32,000 nucleotides of DNA from Ignicoccus islandicus DSM 13165. Its GTDB lineage: Archaea > Thermoproteota > Thermoprotei_A > Sulfolobales > Ignicoccaceae. The DNA lies in contig NZ_CP006867.1 in NCBI RefSeq assembly GCF_001481685.1, positions 1,200,001 to 1,232,000 on the forward strand, in the 5' to 3' direction. The translations under genes and the position numbers were made by a program. The notes beneath the pieces were generated by a model. It did no database searches. It was not told the DNA's origin and saw nothing but the letters and a program-made list of their open reading frames with translations. Below are positions 25,868 through 32,000 of this stretch, one piece after another; position 1 is the first letter of the stretch, and each line of letters starts with the position of its first letter.

Positions 25868-26302
25868 TTACACTACTACTAAGTTGTCGATATCGAAATG
25901 CCTTTTAAGAATTAATCGAGCCTTATGTACGTTTCTACCGTTCTTACCTATAGCTATCCCCTTATCCGCTTCAGCTATCCTTACGTATACTGTTTTTACC
26001 TTCCCAGTCCTGTTTACCTTTACGCTCTCCACTTTGGCTGGCATGAAAATGTTCTTGATACACTCCTCTAGGTTTTCAGAGAATGGAACCACTTCTACGT
26101 CCTTCTTCAAGAGTTCCTTCAATGTCTTTATCTTAGCACCTCTTCTACCTATTGCCTTCCCTACTTCTTCTGGTCTGACTAAAGCTATTACCCTATTGAA
26201 CTTATCATCTATAATGCAATCTATGGGGGAAGCGCCAGTTATATCGCTAAAAATCTGCATGCATTGAAATTCTTCATGAGTTAAAAGCACGTCCTTAGGC
26301 AT
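25868..26302 (-). CDS. nusA: NusA-like KH-domain transcription factor
   Basis: Short archaeal NusA with two KH GxxG segments: EEVGKAIGRRGAKIKTLKELLKKDVEVV and IAEADKGIAIGKNGRNVHKARLILKRHFDI; position between rpl30e and rps12. Confidence 0.95.
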   Translation of the reverse strand: MPKDVLLTHEEFQCMQIFSDITGASPIDCIIDDKFNRVIALVRPEEVGKAIGRRGAKIKTLKELLKKDVEVVPFSENLEECIKNIFMPAKVESVKVNRTGKVKTVYVRIAEADKGIAIGKNGRNVHKARLILKRHFDIDNLVVV

Positions 26303-26311
26303 CTCTCACGT

Positions 26312-26629
26312 TCACCTCACGTTGCTCTCCCTTCTAATAGCATCTACTATCTTTGAGTCGCCTTCATCTATTATTGCTAACGCACTGACTACGAAGGGCT
26401 TGGCACACAAGGTGCCTAGTTCCTTACTAGTGCCCGGATAGACGTATACTGGTATATCGCCTAGTTTCGCGTAATATAATATGTCTCGCCTTACCTCCGT
26501 AGGTGCGTTCTGCGCTACAATAGCCGCCTTTGCCTTTCCTAATTTCAAGAGCTTTATTGTAGTCTTCGCTCCGAGCTTCACTTCTCCCGTTCTCAATGCC
26601 GTCTTCAACTCAGCTTCTACTGCGGTCAC
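26312..26629 (-). CDS. rpl30e: Large ribosomal subunit protein eL30 (L7Ae superfamily)
   Basis: [86 protein letters not shown]. Confidence 0.95.
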   Translation of the reverse strand: MTAVEAELKTALRTGEVKLGAKTTIKLLKLGKAKAAIVAQNAPTEVRRDILYYAKLGDIPVYVYPGTSKELGTLCAKPFVVSALAIIDEGDSKIVDAIRRESNVR

Positions 26630-27897
26630 GATTCATCACCGTGAGCTTCTGGGGTCGGGGTAGCTTTAACTACTTGTCTTTTCGCTAGCGCTTGAGGATT
26701 TAGAAGTAACGTCACCATTCCGGTTCCTAAAGGTATCGGCTGGCCTATTATTATGTTCTCAATTACTCCCCTTAATTCGTCAACTTCCCCGAACACAGCC
26801 GCCTCGGCTAACTGCTTAACTGTTACTTCGAAGGAAGCTCTCGCTAGAACGCTCTCCTTAGTTCCAGCTATTCCGTGTCTACCTACTTGCCTGACTTCTC
26901 CCATCCAAGTCATTGCGTCAGCTAGTAGTAAGATGTGCCTAACGTCTACGTCCAAACCCTGGTTCTCCAAGACATCTAGGATTTCGTTAACTATTGCGTT
27001 CCTAGCCGCCTCTATTCCCAAGACTGCTTCTATTTCCTTAATGCTATTTGTAACCGTTCTCGTGGGATCTACGCCTTCTACTTGTAGAACTTGAGCTAAG
27101 TTCGATCCATCCGTTACCAATACGTACTCATTTTCCCTATGTTGGACTATTACTCTATTTACGTCCTTTATTCCCTTTATCTTGATGTTAAGTATCTTAT
27201 CTTTTATCTTCTGGATATCCATTATGCTCAAGGTAGCATCAGTTCCAAGCCTAATTATAACAGCGTACTCGTCGTCGGGGCTAGGTTCTGCCTTACCCTT
27301 CACCCTAGACTTGTTTATGGCCCTTATGACGTCCTCCCTCGTTAAACCTTTGTCTTCTAGCATGTCCGGGTCCAACCTTATTATTATTGCGTTTTCATAC
27401 CAATCTATTTCAATAGTATCGGTGACGTTCTCTACCTTCGTCATTTCTATTCTTCTAGCCACTTCAAGCGCCTTCTCCTTATCGTATCTATGTTCTTCAT
27501 CCAAGTACACGGTCATCATGGGAGTGCTCGGAGTCTTCCTAGCGTCAACTATTTCTATGAGTCTGGGTAAACCTAGGGTTACGTTGAATTCCTTTACACC
27601 TGCGTAGTGGAAGGTTCTCAAGGTCATTTGTGTAGATGGTTCGCCTATTGACTGCGCGGCCACAGTACCGACTGCTTCACCGGGTTCCACTAAAGCTCTC
27701 AAGTAATATCGGAACGTAAGTTCAACTATCTTCTTTACTTGACCCTTCGTAACGTCCGGCTTCGATTCAATGAGCTTCTTCAAGCTCTCTTTAAGGTTGT
27801 CAATGAACGTTGGCCTGGAAATTACCCCTAGTTCTTCCCTTACCGTTCTCTCGTAGTTATCAACTAATTCGTAGGCGTATTGGATCAACTCGCTCAA
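26626..27897 (-). CDS. rpoA2: DNA-directed RNA polymerase subunit A''
   Basis: [56 protein letters not shown]; overlaps rpoA1 by 4 nt. Confidence 0.98.
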   Translation of the reverse strand: MSELIQYAYELVDNYERTVREELGVISRPTFIDNLKESLKKLIESKPDVTKGQVKKIVELTFRYYLRALVEPGEAVGTVAAQSIGEPSTQMTLRTFHYAGVKEFNVTLGLPRLIEIVDARKTPSTPMMTVYLDEEHRYDKEKALEVARRIEMTKVENVTDTIEIDWYENAIIIRLDPDMLEDKGLTREDVIRAINKSRVKGKAEPSPDDEYAVIIRLGTDATLSIMDIQKIKDKILNIKIKGIKDVNRVIVQHRENEYVLVTDGSNLAQVLQVEGVDPTRTVTNSIKEIEAVLGIEAARNAIVNEILDVLENQGLDVDVRHILLLADAMTWMGEVRQVGRHGIAGTKESVLARASFEVTVKQLAEAAVFGEVDELRGVIENIIIGQPIPLGTGMVTLLLNPQALAKRQVVKATPTPEAHGDES

Positions 27898-30581
27898 TCT
27901 AACCTCACCCCGGTAACTTTTTCTATTACGTGCTTAACATCAACCGATTCACCGTGGGCGCTTCTCATTGGATCAACTCCGTCATCACCGTAAATGGTTT
28001 GGTAAACCTCTCCCTTCGCTCCCTTAACCATTCCATCGTAGTCTACCTTCAAGTCTTGAAGAGCATTAATCAACCTCCTCTGCATGTAACCGGACTGACT
28101 AGTTCTTACAGCCGTGTCCACGAGACCTTCTCTACCACCAGCCGCGTGGAAGAACACCTCAGTTGGAGTTAGTCCCTCGTAGAACGAATGCTTTACGAAA
28201 CCCCTTGCGTCGGGTCTAATGTCTCCCCACTTGAAGTGAGGCAACGTTCTCTTTCTGTATCCTCTCTTAATTCTCTCACCTCTAACGGATTGCTGACCCA
28301 ACATAGCTGCCATCTGCGTTAAGTTCAGTATGTTACCTCTTGCGCCCGCTCTTGCCATTATTACGGCGTTGTTCAACGGGCTTAAGTACTTCGCAGCTAT
28401 TTCACCAGCCTTGTCTCTTGCCTTAGCTAGAACGTCCATTATAAGTAACTCAAGGGTCTCTTCGAGAGTTCTTCCAGGTAAGGGTTCTAGCAAACCGTTT
28501 TGATAGTCCTCGATGAGCTTGTCTACCTCAGCGTACGCCTCCTCTATAGCTTTCTCTATTTCCTTCTTCGCTTCTTCAGGAAGCTTAACGTCGTCATACC
28601 TTGTAGTGAATCCCTTCTTTTCTGTGAACTTCAAGAACATCTTAAAGGCGGTATCGTATATCTCTCTCGCCTTCTCTGGTCCGTATTCGTAAACTAGCCA
28701 GAACATTAAGCTCTTCGGTTGTTCATGTCCAATGGACTTCTTGTCCAGGACGCCTTGGACCAATTCACCGTTTCTAACCACTACGAAGGAGTCATGGAAA
28801 CAGTACTCGTTATCACATTTGAGCTCTCCAGTTGCAATGTTAGCCTTACCCGAGTAGTTGAAGTCCTTGGGAAGGAACACCGAGAACAACCTCTTTCCTG
28901 TCCAAACCTTCTTGGGGCTTATGAACGCTGGTTCGGGCATTTCGCCGGTATAACCCGTTACTCCCAATAGCTCGGCAACGTCTTTCTCATCTAGTAGCGT
29001 TGCCACTGTGGTTAGTAAGTACGCTCCGGAAATGTAATCCTGAAGACCTCCTATTATTGGACCGCCGTATCTCGGACTCAATATGTGCTTCTCGACGAGC
29101 ATTAGCTCTCTAGCTTCGGCCCTAGCCTCTTCGCTTTGTGGAACGTGAAGGTTCATTTCGTCTCCGTCGAAGTCAGCGTTATAAGGCGGACAGACTAATG
29201 GGTTCAATCTGAAGGTTCTTCCCGGTAGAATCCTCACCAGGTGTGCCATTATGCTCATTCTATGGAGAGATGGTTGTCTGTTGAACAGAACCACGTCCCC
29301 GTTCTGTAAGTGCCTTTCTATGATGTAACCGGGTTTTAGTGCACTAGCGAGCTCCTTCCTATCTTTCCTAAACTTCAAGTCTATCCTCTGTCCCTGTGGT
29401 GTAATTACGTAGTTCGCTCCGGGCCATCTCTCGGGGCCATTTATTACTAATTGTCTCATCTCTTCGATGTTCCAAGGCGTTACCCTTACTGGAACGGTCA
29501 ATATCTTCGCTACTTCTTCAGGTACTCCCACCTCATTGATTGAAATGTTGGGATCGGGAGATATTACGGTTCTTGCAGAGAAGTCGACTCTCTTACCTGA
29601 TAGATTAGCTCTGAACCTTCCTTCTTTACCCTTCAACCTCTGAGCTATGGTCCTCAGCGGCTTACCGGACCTGTGCCTGGATGGAGGTACTCCGGGAATT
29701 TCGTTATCGAAGAACGTGGCCACGTGGTACTGAAGCAAGTCCCATAGGTTCTCAATCATTGCTTCGGAGGCTCCGCTCTCTAGGTTGTCCCTTAGCTTGT
29801 TGTTTATCCTTACTATATCGGCTAGCTTGTGCGTTAGATCGTCTTCAGACCTAATTCCGCTCTCTAAGACTATCGAAGGCCTTACGGGAATGGGAGGTAC
29901 TGGTAACACCGTTAGAACGAGCCATTCGGGCCTCGCTTCCTTGGGATCGAAACCAAGCAGTCTCGCGTGGTGATCCGGGATTAGTGCTAATCTCTTCTGC
30001 ACGTCTATTGGAGTTAACTTAGATACTTGCGTTTCTCGCTCTTCCAAGAACTTATACGGTTTCTCTAATCTAACTTTATACTGCTTCGCTCCACAGTGTG
30101 GGCAAGTTTGCGCTTTAGCAGCCTTTTTCTTTATGTAGCTTACTAGTCTCTTCGCATGTAATGGCCACTTGTTAGTCAACCTCTCATATAAGTCTAAATA
30201 CTCTTCAATTTCGTCTTCATTGAGTTTTAACTTCCCGCAGCGCCTACACGTAGCTCTCAGAGCGTCGTAAATGTATTGAATGAAGACGTAGTGATAAACC
30301 GGTTTAGCCAACTCAATTGAGCCGAAGTGGCCGGGACAGTCGTGCATTGTATTACCGCAAGTGGGGCACTTTTGTCCCGGATTCACTACTCCCATTCTAG
30401 GATCCATTATACCTCCTTCAATGGGCATACCGGCCTCGTCGTAGGCCCTGTCGCTGACTATCGTTACTCTGGACATTTGCCTTATTTCGTGGGGCGAGAG
30501 TATTCCGAACTTTATCTCTTTTATTATTTTATCTATTCTTTGAACTTTGGATCTTATTCTGGGAGCTGGTTTACGTACCAT
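27894..30581 (-). CDS. rpoA1: DNA-directed RNA polymerase subunit A'
   Basis: [23 protein letters not shown] catalytic motif, N-terminal Zn-binding [16 protein letters not shown]. Confidence 0.99.
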   Translation of the reverse strand: MVRKPAPRIRSKVQRIDKIIKEIKFGILSPHEIRQMSRVTIVSDRAYDEAGMPIEGGIMDPRMGVVNPGQKCPTCGNTMHDCPGHFGSIELAKPVYHYVFIQYIYDALRATCRRCGKLKLNEDEIEEYLDLYERLTNKWPLHAKRLVSYIKKKAAKAQTCPHCGAKQYKVRLEKPYKFLEERETQVSKLTPIDVQKRLALIPDHHARLLGFDPKEARPEWLVLTVLPVPPIPVRPSIVLESGIRSEDDLTHKLADIVRINNKLRDNLESGASEAMIENLWDLLQYHVATFFDNEIPGVPPSRHRSGKPLRTIAQRLKGKEGRFRANLSGKRVDFSARTVISPDPNISINEVGVPEEVAKILTVPVRVTPWNIEEMRQLVINGPERWPGANYVITPQGQRIDLKFRKDRKELASALKPGYIIERHLQNGDVVLFNRQPSLHRMSIMAHLVRILPGRTFRLNPLVCPPYNADFDGDEMNLHVPQSEEARAEARELMLVEKHILSPRYGGPIIGGLQDYISGAYLLTTVATLLDEKDVAELLGVTGYTGEMPEPAFISPKKVWTGKRLFSVFLPKDFNYSGKANIATGELKCDNEYCFHDSFVVVRNGELVQGVLDKKSIGHEQPKSLMFWLVYEYGPEKAREIYDTAFKMFLKFTEKKGFTTRYDDVKLPEEAKKEIEKAIEEAYAEVDKLIEDYQNGLLEPLPGRTLEETLELLIMDVLAKARDKAGEIAAKYLSPLNNAVIMARAGARGNILNLTQMAAMLGQQSVRGERIKRGYRKRTLPHFKWGDIRPDARGFVKHSFYEGLTPTEVFFHAAGGREGLVDTAVRTSQSGYMQRRLINALQDLKVDYDGMVKGAKGEVYQTIYGDDGVDPMRSAHGESVDVKHVIEKVTGVRLD

Positions 30582-30613
30582 AAAATTTGCCCACTAAGGG
30601 TCGCTGGCGGTAG

Positions 30614-30620
30614 TATAAAA
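30614..30620. promoter_or_regulatory. TATA-like element in the 107-bp divergent rpoA1 / orc1-cdc6 intergenic region
   Basis: tagTATAAAAggtata is AT-rich in both orientations and sits about 33 nt before the rpoA1 start and 70 nt before the orc1/cdc6 GTG start. Confidence 0.5.
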
Positions 30621-30688
30621 GGTATAACTCCCAAGCGCTCGCTCAGTTAAAACTCTCGGTAGGGTCTATCTAAATAAAGTGGGGAAGA

Positions 30689-31906
30689 GTGCTGTCAGCC
30701 GACCTAGACGATATACTCGAAGACGTCTTTGAAAGGGTATCGAAGTCAAGGATATTTAAGAACAGGGACGTGTTAATGCCCGATTTCCTACCTAATAGAT
30801 TACCCCACCGAGAGGAACAGATAAGGAAGGTAGCTAGCGTGTTAGCCCAAGCCCTCAAGGGCTATAGACCCAACAACCTATTCCTTTACGGCTTAACCGG
30901 AACGGGTAAGACTGCCGTAGTTAAGCTCGTTACAAAGAAATTAAGTGAAAAGGCCCGCGAAAGGGGCGTTAGACTCAAGGTCGCTTTCGTTAATACTAAG
31001 AGGGACGATACCCCCTATAGAGTGCTTTCTAAACTCTTGGAGAACATAGGATTCCGGGTTCCCCCTACAGGAATTGCTACTGCCCAACTTTACGCTAATT
31101 TCAAGAGGCTTTTAGACAAGCGAGACTTACTACTAATAATAGTGCTCGACGAGATCGATTACCACGTTAAGAAACACGGTGACGATTTGCTTTACAAGCT
31201 CACAAGGATAAACGAGGAACTGAGGAACTCTAAAGTATCTATAATAGGAATAACTAACGACGTGAACTTCACGAGCTGGTTAGATCCTAGGGTTAAAAGT
31301 TCTCTAAGTGAAGAAGAGTTGGTGTTTCCACCCTACACTGCCCCTCAACTTGAAGACATATTAAGAGATAGGGCGCAAATGGCCTTCGAGGATGAGGCTC
31401 TCGAGGAAGGCGTGATACCCTTCTGTGCCGCCCTCGCCGCTAGGGAAAGAGGTGATGCGAGGAAAGCGCTCGATTTACTTAGAGTGGCTGGGGAGCTAGC
31501 GGAAAGGGAAGGGAGAAACAAAGTAACTACGGAGCACGTTAAGAAGGCATGGGAACAAATAGAGAAGGATAGGGTAATAGAAGTCGTTAGGTCATTACCG
31601 CTCCATAGCAAATTGATACTATTGGCTATAGCTAAGTTGACTAAGGACGGAACGGTTACTTACACCGGCGAAGTATACAAGCTCTACAAAGAGTTCACTT
31701 CGGATTTAGGAATAGAGACGTTAACTCTAAGGAGGGTCAGTGATCTGATAGGTGAACTAGATATGCTTGGCTTGATTAGCACGCAAGTAGTCAGTAGGGG
31801 TAAGAGGGGGATGACCAGAGTAATAAACTTGGAGAGCGATTACAAGTCCGTGATAAAGGGCCTTAAAGATGATCCCAGAGTGGCCGAAATCGCTGGCCTC
31901 ATTTGA
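30689..31906 (+). CDS. Orc1/Cdc6-type replication initiator
   Basis: FLPNRLPHREEQIRKVASVLAQALKGYRPNNLFLYGLTGTGKTAVVKLV, VLDEIDYHVKKHGDDLLYKLTRIN, SIIGITNDVNF, C-terminal winged-helix region. GTG start. Confidence 0.96.
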   Translation: MLSADLDDILEDVFERVSKSRIFKNRDVLMPDFLPNRLPHREEQIRKVASVLAQALKGYRPNNLFLYGLTGTGKTAVVKLVTKKLSEKARERGVRLKVAFVNTKRDDTPYRVLSKLLENIGFRVPPTGIATAQLYANFKRLLDKRDLLLIIVLDEIDYHVKKHGDDLLYKLTRINEELRNSKVSIIGITNDVNFTSWLDPRVKSSLSEEELVFPPYTAPQLEDILRDRAQMAFEDEALEEGVIPFCAALAARERGDARKALDLLRVAGELAEREGRNKVTTEHVKKAWEQIEKDRVIEVVRSLPLHSKLILLAIAKLTKDGTVTYTGEVYKLYKEFTSDLGIETLTLRRVSDLIGELDMLGLISTQVVSRGKRGMTRVINLESDYKSVIKGLKDDPRVAEIAGLI

Positions 31907-32000
31907 TGACGGTAAGTTCACTAAGGAACTATGTCCCGTAGTGATCGTTAAAACAGAGGGCTTCCCTCCAGACGTAATCGAATTGGCGTTCTTAAGGCTC
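31869..32000 (+). CDS. Partial ORF running off the right edge, unknown function
   Basis: My translation from the ATG at 31869 is open for 44 codons to the window end: MIPEWPKSLASFDDGKFTKELCPVVIVKTEGFPPDVIELAFLRL; overlaps the 3' end of orc1/cdc6 by 38 nt. Confidence 0.4.
   Translation, partial: MIPEWPKSLASFDDGKFTKELCPVVIVKTEGFPPDVIELAFLRL

Noticed and set aside
30582-30688. A confirmed replication origin next to orc1/cdc6
   Set aside because: I could not see an ORB-like repeat or an extended AT-rich unwinding region in the 107-bp spacer; only the suggestion to test is retained.
1-32000. CRISPR arrays, transposons, toxin-antitoxin pairs, restriction or other defence systems
   Set aside because: No regularly spaced repeats, inverted-repeat-bounded transposase genes or recognised defence domains were seen by eye; an automated repeat and HMM scan would be needed to exclude them formally.

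Overview
The window is a gene-dense archaeal chromosome segment of roughly 45% GC. It has frequent GTG/TTG starts, overlapping genes and archaeal-only genes (carS, fau-1, rpoA1/rpoA2, orc1/cdc6, a candidate rpoG/Rpo8). The content looks like a hyperthermophilic crenarchaeon. The class II superoxide reductase has the E23-T24-H25 motif, which suggests an Ignicoccus-like Desulfurococcales host (inference). Recognisable content from left to right: a PEBP-like protein, hemB, a nucleotidyltransferase, PUA and PAC2 proteins, a candidate RNAP subunit Rpo8, a flippase-like membrane protein, acetyl-CoA synthetase, a CBS protein, a KamA-family radical SAM / creatininase-family / SPASM radical SAM trio, a THEP1-like NTPase, an SdhB/FrdB-like Fe-S subunit, hisE-hisH, superoxide reductase, and a long overlapping minus-strand run (padR, UPF0147, fau-1, radB-like, carS, DUF63, a previously untracked Cys-rich mini-protein, nitrilase). 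The right end carries the broken-up str/RNAP cluster (rps7, rps12, nusA, rpl30e, rpoA2, rpoA1) divergent from orc1/cdc6. I saw no CRISPR array, transposon, rRNA or convincing tRNA. I did not find an obvious defence or mobile system. The best leads are the candidate Rpo8, the unannotated 58-aa 7-Cys protein, the Lys-less superoxide reductase, the radical SAM trio, the two-[4Fe-4S] SdhB and several orphan ORFs.
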